Shown one piece after another: positions 40,728 to 48,822 of a DNA stretch of 56,642 bases (within the stretch, counting starts at the first letter, position 1; each line of letters begins with the position of its first letter). This DNA is from a virus (taxonomy: Duplodnaviria > Heunggongvirae > Uroviricota > Caudoviricetes), in IMG/VR virus record IMGVR_UViG_2917461297_000001, positions 1-56,642 of that record, one strand, 5' to 3'. The notes beneath the pieces were generated by a model. It ran no database searches. It was not told the DNA's origin and was given only the letters and a program-made list of their open reading frames with translations. A program made the position numbers and the translations under genes.

Positions 40728-41611
40728 TATTTTTTATTACTCCCTAATAACTCGTCCTCAGAGATACCGTATTTCTCCACATGTTCTTGGTATTCTTCTT
40801 CATAAGGGTTTTCAGCTTCTAGTGAAGTCAACATAGGAGATAAGAAATTATTTCTCATATATTTTTCAATATTATCAATATCCTTAAACTCTGGTAGTAC
40901 TTCTGGTACTGGCTTCTCGTTCTCCCAACGTTTTACCATGACCCCAAATGTTTCATTCTCATTGGTTTTGCTCGCTTTTTCTTGAGAAGGAGCGATACCA
41001 GCAGTCCTCATTAAGTCCATAATCATTTTAGTTTCATCTTTTGTGCTAACTGACTTTATACGTTTCTTCCTAATATCGAGTTCTAATTGACAAATCTGAG
41101 TGATAATATTTTGGAATGTTGGCGTATCGACATCGTAAGCGTTACAGTAGTCTTCATATCTGCTTATTAAAAACAAATATTCATCTTCGACATATTCTTC
41201 TCCCCAATACAATTGACAATCTCTTAACTCTTCGGGGGTTAGTTTTTCAATCGTATCCTCTGTAAGTTTTGCTTCATATGCGTTAAAGAATCTATCTGAT
41301 TCAATAAACAACTCCTTATTTCGTGTAGGATTTTTTCTTACTAAGTATTTGTATCTTTGTCGTCCTACTTTATTAAATTCTTCTTCTTTGTACGGTCGAT
41401 TAACACCCATAAGTACGTTTATAAAGTTTTTATATCCCTCAACAGGCTCATTTACTAGCTCTTCTATACAACGCTTACACACTGGATAATATCCATCTGG
41501 GAAAGCGGCGTTTTTACCATTTATTGATATAAAATTAGTATCTCTAACTAGGTTTCTGTTGCAGTGAACACATGTTTTAATCTTTTCAACTTTGGCATCT
41601 CTTATTGCCAC
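40727..41611 (-). CDS. Putative terminase small subunit with N-terminal C4 zinc finger
   Basis: CVHC...CKRC; WGE.Y...EY.FL..RY; overlaps the TerL start. Confidence 0.65.
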   Translation of the reverse strand: MAIRDAKVEKIKTCVHCNRNLVRDTNFISINGKNAAFPDGYYPVCKRCIEELVNEPVEGYKNFINVLMGVNRPYKEEEFNKVGRQRYKYLVRKNPTRNKELFIESDRFFNAYEAKLTEDTIEKLTPEELRDCQLYWGEEYVEDEYLFLISRYEDYCNAYDVDTPTFQNIITQICQLELDIRKKRIKSVSTKDETKMIMDLMRTAGIAPSQEKASKTNENETFGVMVKRWENEKPVPEVLPEFKDIDNIEKYMRNNFLSPMLTSLEAENPYEEEYQEHVEKYGISEDELLGSNKK

Positions 41612-41629
41612 ATAAACACCACCTAATTA

Positions 41630-41714
41630 TTTTTTGTTCGGTGGGCGATGGTAGGAGAGAGGTAAGGGGAGACCATCGTCCAACCAACAAAAAACCGACC
41701 TTGTATAAGTCGGT
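41630..41714 (-). promoter_or_regulatory. Terminator plus long hairpin with C/U-rich loop in the leader of TerS
   Basis: Minus strand ACCGAC-TTATACAAG-GTCGGT-TTTTTG, then TTTTTTGTT..GGACGATGGT-[CTCCCCTTACCTCTCTCCT]-ACCATCGCCC..AACAAAAAA. Confidence 0.65.
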
Positions 41715-41744
41715 AAAATGAAAGGGGAATTATCATGGAAAGAA

Positions 41745-42900
41745 AAAGAAACGAGAGCGTTTTTAAACACTCAAAACTGTACCTAAAGAATTAAAATCCC
41801 CTAGACACAGTTTTCAATATTTAAAGATGATACTATGAAACCAGTAACTTCAAGTATCATAATGAATGTAAGTTTTTAAACAACTGGAGAGTTCGCTAAA
41901 TGCGTCCATTAGCAAACTAAGCTATCTCGATACGTCTACCTTAATAGCCAAACGAATTAACTCAGCTCTATAATTCTCATCACAGAACCTACAAACATAT
42001 AGTTTATTTCCTTGTGTTATCCATTGTTTTGTATTTAGAACGATTATAAGGAAGTGACTATTTTCACAAGTCAAAACTCTTTACAATCGACATAGACAGC
42101 TAGTCTTGCTGTGTCTTGACTAAGTGTACTAAACATAAAATTTTATGGATATGTGCCATGATAACCTCGCCATTTAATATTCAGACGAGATGAGCATTAG
42201 CTAGATGACTTATCACAACCCTTTGTTCTAGCACTGATTATCGGTTCAACGCTTAAAACCTTTGCGAACCCTAAACCATAAGTAAAGGATAATCAGGTGT
42301 TTAGTTGAATTATGGGAACACACCAAGTTATACGGTAAGCATCAACTCCCTGTATGTTATAACTCAGACAACACCTAAACTTGAGTTATACACCAAGCGT
42401 CCGATAGAATTTTTCCTCCATACTATCCTTAGGAATCACTTTTTACTCTCTGATGCTTCTTCTGAGTAAAAGCTGACCAACTTATTTTCGCTCTCAAGGA
42501 ACTACCTAATTTTGAGCTATCCCTGTTTGGAAAAAGTAGGCATGGTTCTCCTATTTTTATTTATAAATGATTTTAGACACAGATGTAAAAGGGTATTTTT
42601 ACACGGAATTAGTGACAGATTTTAAATCAGATGAGTAAGCAAAACCCTGCACGATTTCTCCTAAAATTAGACACTAACTGGAAGATGTCTCCAGTGAGAC
42701 CAACAGTCAGATATATAGCTTCTGCCGAGCAACATGTGGTGTCTCTCACATGTCCAACCTAATGTTAAATTACTATCTCAAGCCTGTAACCAGACAGCAC
42801 TCCCATAGGTATTAATGTTCGATTGAACGGGAGGGTTTTTCGTACGTCAGGCGTTATGTAATACCCCCACATCAGAGCGTATCTGCCTAAAAAGGAGTGG
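41745..42900 (-). ncRNA. Candidate large structured ncRNA (GOLLD/ROOL-like or new class); ends approximate
   Basis: No ORF of 60 aa or more between 41612 and 42926; more than 12 stem-loops including nested ones; ends at a hairpin plus pyrimidine run (41772-41738); strand inferred from flanking operon and terminator polarity. Confidence 0.7.
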
Positions 42901-42926
42901 AGGCGTTGTCGTTAATTATGTATAAG

Positions 42927-44135
42927 TTAGTTAAAGTTAATTAGCTTAACCGAATGATTAATACCACCAAGTTTCGATTTCTCAAATGTAACCATCTTTT
43001 GCCCAGCACGACCACCAAATCGTCCTGAGGCACTGTAAGAGTCATGCCCAATTCCGCTTGGATTAACAATAACAGTCGTGATACCAAAATTTTTCTCAAA
43101 AGAATGGTGTACATGACCGATAAAAATCCATTGAGGAACATATGATAACATTTGTGCTAATTTATCTGAGCCATTAGCAATCTTGTCTAAATCACCATGT
43201 GCAAACACTACACTCTCTCCTAGAACATTAGCTTCCACTAATCCGTCTCTGTCCTCATGAAATGTGATATTCTTATAGTTTGCTAATCTAGCTTGAAGGT
43301 GCCAAATTATTAACTTTTCAAAGTTCTCTTCATGACTTCTAACTGCGTCTTTCTGTGGGATTAACCTTCCGTGATTCCCAACAACTGAATAAACTGAAAC
43401 ATCTGTTACAACTTTAGCAACCTCAGATACAAACTCAGTAAGTAACTCACATAAAATCATTAATTGTTGTACAGCATCTTCTGAAGCGGCTACACGGCTT
43501 GATATGTGAATATTTCCACCGATACCGTCTCCTAAATGCGCTAAATGTACTTTGTTATGTCCATGTGTCTTAATCTCATTCAGCACTTCTGAAAGATAGT
43601 AACGGACTCGCTCTTTCGCAATTTTAACGTTATATTTACCAAAACGACCGTCATACTCTGCGCCAATATGCCAATCTGACATGAGAACAATTAGCTCTTT
43701 CTCTTGTCTCTCAGCGGTCGGAAAAGTAGGGGGTGTTGGTATTGCTGGTAAAGCTGAAATATTGCTAAAAATCTCGTCCTTAATGTGTTCAAACCTTCCT
43801 GAGAAATCTAATAACTTTCTATATTCTCGTCGTTGGTCTTGCAACATTTTTGTGATAGCACGATTCTTTTCATTCATCTTGAGTTGTTCTTTAGTTAATT
43901 CCTCAAGAAATTCATCAGGTAGGGAAGCTGTGTGTTGTTTCTTGAACATTGATTCCCAAACATTCTTGAAGATTTGATATTCTTTTCTGTACTTTGATTC
44001 GTCATAATCAGTACCATTTTCGTGGTTCAGGAAATCAGCAATCTGTTGATTACTGAGCCCCAAACTCTCTTTATTTTCGTACAAACGGTACTGATATTCG
44101 GCAAATGATTCTCCGTCCTTACGAAACATGTTCAT
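42927..44135 (-). CDS. Calcineurin-like metallophosphoesterase with N-terminal HTH/coiled coil (YonJ-like)
   Basis: SDWHIG, HLGDGI, VGNHGR, FAHGD, IGHVHH metal-binding motifs. Confidence 0.88.
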   Translation of the reverse strand: MNMFRKDGESFAEYQYRLYENKESLGLSNQQIADFLNHENGTDYDESKYRKEYQIFKNVWESMFKKQHTASLPDEFLEELTKEQLKMNEKNRAITKMLQDQRREYRKLLDFSGRFEHIKDEIFSNISALPAIPTPPTFPTAERQEKELIVLMSDWHIGAEYDGRFGKYNVKIAKERVRYYLSEVLNEIKTHGHNKVHLAHLGDGIGGNIHISSRVAASEDAVQQLMILCELLTEFVSEVAKVVTDVSVYSVVGNHGRLIPQKDAVRSHEENFEKLIIWHLQARLANYKNITFHEDRDGLVEANVLGESVVFAHGDLDKIANGSDKLAQMLSYVPQWIFIGHVHHSFEKNFGITTVIVNPSGIGHDSYSASGRFGGRAGQKMVTFEKSKLGGINHSVKLINFN

Positions 44136-44137
44136 GA

Positions 44138-44323
44138 TTATTCATTCCCGTGAACTTCAGTGTCTTCTTTAATCGAGAATGAAACATATTTATCTTCAAA
44201 TCGAGCGATAATTTCTGATAACTTGAAAGTCGATTCTGTATCTTTAGTAACTTCTGTGATAGTGTCGTTTTCTAAATCAATAACTGCGTTCTTGAATGAA
44301 ACTGTATTTGTAAGTTTAGCCAT
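44138..44323 (-). CDS. YonK-like small protein
   Basis: MAK..NTVSFKNAVID....ITEVTKD.E..F.L..I...F..K.VS.SIKE pattern, between the HU-like gene and the phosphoesterase as in SPbeta. Confidence 0.75.
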   Translation of the reverse strand: MAKLTNTVSFKNAVIDLENDTITEVTKDTESTFKLSEIIARFEDKYVSFSIKEDTEVHGNE

Positions 44324-44343
44324 AATTATATATTCTCCTTTTA

Positions 44344-44679
44344 TTATTCAACTGGTTTTAAAGTTTCTTCTTTTAAGCGACGTTTAAGTGGTGCTGAAAA
44401 CTGTAAATGTACTCGTTTATGTGCTCCAGTTACCCAATCCTTACCGAATAAACTAGAATGTCCTGAACGTTGTGGTACATCAATAACTTTAAATTGTCCA
44501 AATGAAAAACCGAAAGAATCATATTCTTTTGAGTCCGCAGCTAAAATAGCTTCCTCAATCGTATTTTCAAAAGCCGTAATAATTTTACTTGTTTGGTCTA
44601 AACTTAGTTTTACTCCTAAATCTAAACATTGTTCTTGTAATTCCTTAATAATTAATTTCTTTGATAAGCGTACTCCCAT
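44344..44679 (-). CDS. HU/IHF-like DNA-binding protein (YonN-like position), divergent
   Basis: SFGQFKV..VPQRSG......WVTGAHKRV..QFSAPLKR aligns to the HU beta-arm. Confidence 0.75.
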   Translation of the reverse strand: MGVRLSKKLIIKELQEQCLDLGVKLSLDQTSKIITAFENTIEEAILAADSKEYDSFGFSFGQFKVIDVPQRSGHSSLFGKDWVTGAHKRVHLQFSAPLKRRLKEETLKPVE

Positions 44680-44731
44680 TATAAATCTCTCCTATAACTT
44701 TTATTATTTTTTGACTGGCTTAAAAAACTAT

Positions 44732-44860
44732 AAAAACAGAGGTTACTCTGCCAATCAAGGGGTAACCTCCTTGATTATGTATAATAATTTATTTTTATTA
44801 AGGTTAATATCAGTGAATCTCAACGATTGTGATACCCCTTCACTATATATTGTCTACAAA
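44732..44860 (-). promoter_or_regulatory. Putative late-operon promoter/leader with overlapping hairpins and terminator
   Basis: Minus strand ATATATAGTGAAGGGG (about 44851-44835), then AATCAAGG/CCTTGATT and GAGGTTAC/GTAACCTC stems overlapping, followed by TGTTTTT. Confidence 0.5.
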
Positions 44861-44899
44861 AGTAGGTAAAATTGCAATTTTTCACCAAAACTTTTTAAA

Positions 44900-46378
44900 T
44901 CATGACTTTTCACATGACTTGCAAACTGACCTTAAGCCTAGGTAACCACTACTATTTTTCATAAAATATCGATTGTCGACGGCTAATTTAACTTCACCAC
45001 ACGAATTGCAAGTTTTATATTTTCCTTTGCGTCGATGAATCCAAATCCAATCTTCTAATTGCTTTTCATGTGTCTCAACTAATATTTTTGGTAATTGCTT
45101 ATTGATAATTCTTGACAATTGGTATTTTTCATATTCTAACTTGTAATCTTCTCTTAATGCTTCTTGTATTTCTTCTAATTTGGTAACACCTGAATTCAAC
45201 ATCAAGTCGACAATATGAGCTTCTTCTTTACTCCACGATGTTTTCTCTGCCAAATCTTCAAAAGTTCTAAGTAACGCCCACATGTTTGTATTAACTTTTG
45301 GCTTATACTTTTCGTATAGTTCTGAGTAATTATATAGGAGCACAGAGTAAACTTCTGCGTCTCTGAGGCTCAAACAATTCCAAGCATCATCTGGAATTAC
45401 TTCATCAATTGAGATACTAGGTTGAAAGTGGATTACTTTTCTTAAAACCTTTAGTGCATCTCGCATTTCACCTTTCAAATTTGAAATAACTTTTGCTCTG
45501 TTTGGAGAAAAAGGCTTATCTTCAAGTTGCTGAATTTCAGCTATGTATTGCTTCATTGTAGAATAAGCAAGCTCTTTATAATTAACAGGTTCTTTATCAT
45601 AAAACGGAATTTCGTTTGGTTTACTAGGTGAAAAACGTTCCCAAAACGCTTCCATACTCTCATCAAACTTGCCTTTCTCCATTTGTCTGTCAACCCTTGT
45701 GTAATTAACTACGTAATCTGGTTTAACAACCTGTGATTCATCGTCTTCAGTATTTAACACTAAATATTGTGGAGGTAAACTTTTTAAACGCTTAACTTTC
45801 ATATACGGTGTATCTTTCTTTTTGTGTTTAGCATCAAATAATTTATTTTTATTCTTTTCAGTTTTCTTTTTACTTTCTAGTTGCGCAATTTCTTTCTTTA
45901 ACTTAATATGCTCCTCTTCTTGCTCTTTATTATCAAACTTGCTAAATAAGATGTAGTCAGCAATCTTGTCAAGGGTTTTCGTGAATCCATTCTCCTCTGA
46001 CAGCGGGGTAGTTGTTTTCTTGATTTGTTGAGAGATAAATTTATGGTCACTAACAATCTCAACCATCATGCTTTCATCAATTCCTCTAGCGATTGCTTCT
46101 GTGCGTTCCTCACCATATCTCAAAGCGTAATTACAACAATTCATAAATTGTCTCCATACTTGTCTTCTCTTATTATCACGCTCAATTTTCCATGGAATTA
46201 AAACAACTGGTTCTGATTTCTTCTTCTCGAAGCTAAGCCAACAGTCCCAACCTAAACGTTTAATCTTAATATCCTTAGTAGACATCATATATTCATTTTT
46301 TTCTAATTTCTTTAAATCCTCGCATTTATATCCTAGCTCTTCAGCTAAACTTTCAATATTTTCTAAACTAATAATCAT
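44900..46378 (-). CDS. Putative late transcription regulator: sigma-region-4-like HTH plus C-terminal C4 zinc finger
   Basis: WSKEEAHIVDLMLNSGVTKLEEIQEAL...YQLSRIINKQLPKI resembles sigma region 4; CNSC...CKSC; AAGGAG RBS; consensus SigA promoter upstream. Confidence 0.6.
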   Translation of the reverse strand: MIISLENIESLAEELGYKCEDLKKLEKNEYMMSTKDIKIKRLGWDCWLSFEKKKSEPVVLIPWKIERDNKRRQVWRQFMNCCNYALRYGEERTEAIARGIDESMMVEIVSDHKFISQQIKKTTTPLSEENGFTKTLDKIADYILFSKFDNKEQEEEHIKLKKEIAQLESKKKTEKNKNKLFDAKHKKKDTPYMKVKRLKSLPPQYLVLNTEDDESQVVKPDYVVNYTRVDRQMEKGKFDESMEAFWERFSPSKPNEIPFYDKEPVNYKELAYSTMKQYIAEIQQLEDKPFSPNRAKVISNLKGEMRDALKVLRKVIHFQPSISIDEVIPDDAWNCLSLRDAEVYSVLLYNYSELYEKYKPKVNTNMWALLRTFEDLAEKTSWSKEEAHIVDLMLNSGVTKLEEIQEALREDYKLEYEKYQLSRIINKQLPKILVETHEKQLEDWIWIHRRKGKYKTCNSCGEVKLAVDNRYFMKNSSGYLGLRSVCKSCEKS

Positions 46379-46421
46379 CTTTCATTTTCTCCTTGTTATG
46401 TAATTTCTTTTTCTTGACTTG

Positions 46422-46472
46422 ATTATAAAATAATTTATTTCTATTGTCAACACATTTCTTTGGTGTTATAAT
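46422..46472. promoter_or_regulatory. Back-to-back SigA promoters sharing their -35 region
   Basis: Leftward TTGACA (46450-46445)-17-TATAAT (46427-46422); rightward TTGTCA (46444-46449)-17-TATAAT (46467-46472). Confidence 0.85.
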
Positions 46473-46514
46473 TTATTTCTGTAAGGCAAATAAAAATGAA
46501 ATGAGGAAGATTAC

Positions 46515-48788
46515 ATGAAAAAAACTTTTAGAGAGTTTGAAGAAGAATTAACAGTAACTAAGGAGCTGTTTTACAATGAGGGGAGCATGTATGGTGCATA
46601 TGGTTTTAAATTCGCTGATGAGATTAATCCAGAAGTAAAATTGCATTCTACATATAAGAATTTTACAATCGTTGGAAATACACCGGCGTTAATTGAAGGT
46701 AATTCATATAAGGTGAGATTTATTGAAGGCTTTGATGAAAGAAGAAATGTTGACGTTTACAATTTTGTCGAAGTAAAGTCTGATGGTTTGAAAGACAGAA
46801 AGTCTCAAGAAGAATTCTTATATCAAATCTTAACTGAAAAGCAAGCGAGAGATATTTTATCATCTTTTCCAAACGAGAACATTATTGAGGATATTATTAA
46901 TAAGAAAATCAACTTAACTACGGTTCATGGCATTCAAGAAGCAACCGCAGCAAAGATAATCGCAAAACTATTGAACTACAATGAATATAGCAAAGCGATT
47001 GTAGCGCTTTCTCCTTTAGGTGCCGGCATTAAAAGTGTCATCAAATTATCGGAACACTTTGGTAGTCCAGAGAAAGTCGTGCAGATTGTTAAAAACGACG
47101 TCTATAAATTAACTGAGGTATCTGGTTTTGGGTTCAAAACTGTAGACCAATATGCTTTAAAACAAGGTGTATCTCCTAAAGATAAACGACGTATTGTGGC
47201 AGGTGCATTGTACGTTATTGAGCAAATCGTTGGTTACGGAGACACAAAAATTCCAATCGATAAGTTTGAAAAAGATTTATGTGACATTTTGGGTATTGAT
47301 GAGGTCGATGATAAAGTATTTGAAGAGATTATTAACCACAATGCTATTTACTATAACGAAGGATTTATTACTTTACATACATACAGAAATGAAGAAAAGC
47401 AAATTGTTGGTCACTTAAGAAGATTACGAGACGGTTTTATCCCTAATAATATTGATGAAACGATTGTAGAAAAGTTAGAAGAGGAACAAGGTTTTAAGTT
47501 CAACAAAGAACAACGAGAAGGAATTGAGAAAGCTATAACAAATGGGATTTTTGTCCTAGACGGTAAAGCGGGTTCGGGGAAAACAAGTTTACTAAGAGCC
47601 GCTGTTGAAAGTATCGAAAATAACCACGCTGCATGTAGCTTATCAGGTAAAGCGGCTAATGTACTTTCTATGAACGGATTAAATGCTAGTACAATTCACA
47701 GATTGCTAAAATTCGAACCTACAACTGGTGGCTTTTTTCATAATGAACTCAACCCGTTACCATCAGCTGTCTACATTTTAGATGAGGCATCTATGGTTAA
47801 TAACAAACTATTTTTAGATTTAATCAGTGCAATTCCATCAGGTTCGCCACTCATTATTGTCGGTGATAGTGGACAATTACCAGCAATTGGACACGGTGCA
47901 GTATTTGATTATTTATTAAGTTCTACTGAGTTTGCTCACGTAACATTGAAAGAAGTTCATAGACAAGCGCAAGATTCAGGTACTTTGAGTGCTGCCAACA
48001 TGGTTCGTGAAGGAAAACAAATTATTAAATATAACGAAAGTGGTAGAAAAATCTCGGGAGCTAGTAATGATTTCTATGAGAATTATTATCGAGATAAGTC
48101 TTTAATCTTGAATGACGTACTTCAAACAGCACAACGCTATGCTGATAATCCGGAAATGAGAAATGAAGATTTTCAAGTAATTGTCGGATTGAAAGAAAAG
48201 GGTGACTATTCAGTCCTAAATATGAATAAGCATTTACAAGAAATTTTTAACCCAGCTTCTAGTGGAAAAGAAGAGATTAAAGGTTTAAAGCATACGTTTA
48301 GAAAAGGTGACAGAGTTATTCAACAAGGTAACAACTATGGTGTAACAATTATGAGTCAATCTAATTTTGTAATGTATAGTAACAAGTTTATTGATAGAGA
48401 AGAAGCTGAACACGCTTCTGCTGCTGTGTTTAACGGCACATTTGGCACGATTTTAGAATGTGTAGAAGGCGTGGGTATGTTGATTAAGTTTGAAGGAATT
48501 GACGAGCCAGTGTTCTACGCTAAGAATGAAAATGATAATGAAATCGGTGTATTAGATTTAGGTTACGCTATTAGTGTGCATCGTTCTCAAGGGTCAGGTT
48601 TTAAAACACTGCTAGTCATTGTAACGTTTAACGAATTTGCATTATTGAGTAGACAATTTTTGTATACTGCTTTAACTCGAACAATTGATAAATGTTTATT
48701 GTTTGCTGAATCAGGAGCAATTGTACAAGCAATTAAGACAGACAAAGGTAAAAGCAGAAAATGTTTTATGGGTGAATTTTTGAAATAA
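46515..48788 (+). CDS. recD2: RecD2-like SF1B helicase
   Basis: N-terminal OB-like region, HhH motifs (VHGIQ, VSGFGFKTVD), Walker A GKAGSGKT, ILDEASM, GDSGQLPAIG, HRQA, LGYAISVHRSQGSGF, LYTALTR. Confidence 0.92.
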   Translation: MKKTFREFEEELTVTKELFYNEGSMYGAYGFKFADEINPEVKLHSTYKNFTIVGNTPALIEGNSYKVRFIEGFDERRNVDVYNFVEVKSDGLKDRKSQEEFLYQILTEKQARDILSSFPNENIIEDIINKKINLTTVHGIQEATAAKIIAKLLNYNEYSKAIVALSPLGAGIKSVIKLSEHFGSPEKVVQIVKNDVYKLTEVSGFGFKTVDQYALKQGVSPKDKRRIVAGALYVIEQIVGYGDTKIPIDKFEKDLCDILGIDEVDDKVFEEIINHNAIYYNEGFITLHTYRNEEKQIVGHLRRLRDGFIPNNIDETIVEKLEEEQGFKFNKEQREGIEKAITNGIFVLDGKAGSGKTSLLRAAVESIENNHAACSLSGKAANVLSMNGLNASTIHRLLKFEPTTGGFFHNELNPLPSAVYILDEASMVNNKLFLDLISAIPSGSPLIIVGDSGQLPAIGHGAVFDYLLSSTEFAHVTLKEVHRQAQDSGTLSAANMVREGKQIIKYNESGRKISGASNDFYENYYRDKSLILNDVLQTAQRYADNPEMRNEDFQVIVGLKEKGDYSVLNMNKHLQEIFNPASSGKEEIKGLKHTFRKGDRVIQQGNNYGVTIMSQSNFVMYSNKFIDREEAEHASAAVFNGTFGTILECVEGVGMLIKFEGIDEPVFYAKNENDNEIGVLDLGYAISVHRSQGSGFKTLLVIVTFNEFALLSRQFLYTALTRTIDKCLLFAESGAIVQAIKTDKGKSRKCFMGEFLK

Positions 48789-48822
48789 GGAAATAAATTA
48801 AAATATAATAAGAGGGAGAAAA

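Noticed and set aside
41735-41794. Plus-strand 19-aa ORF MERKRNESVFKHSKLYLKN with GAAAGGGG RBS
   Set aside because: Antisense to the late operon, overlaps minus-strand terminator hairpins, no promoter seen; not hydrophobic like a type I toxin
41612-42926. Possible tRNA, tmRNA, RNase P RNA or group I/II intron as explanation of the structured spacer
   Set aside because: No GTTCGA-type T-loop with cloverleaf, no tmRNA ends, no GAGGAAAGTCC, no group II domain V recognised, and no interrupted gene; by-eye only, cmscan is needed
44720-44770. Resemblance to preQ1-I riboswitch words (AGAGGTT, AAAAAACTA)
   Set aside because: The elements are in the wrong order and on the non-transcribed strand; no queuosine-related gene follows
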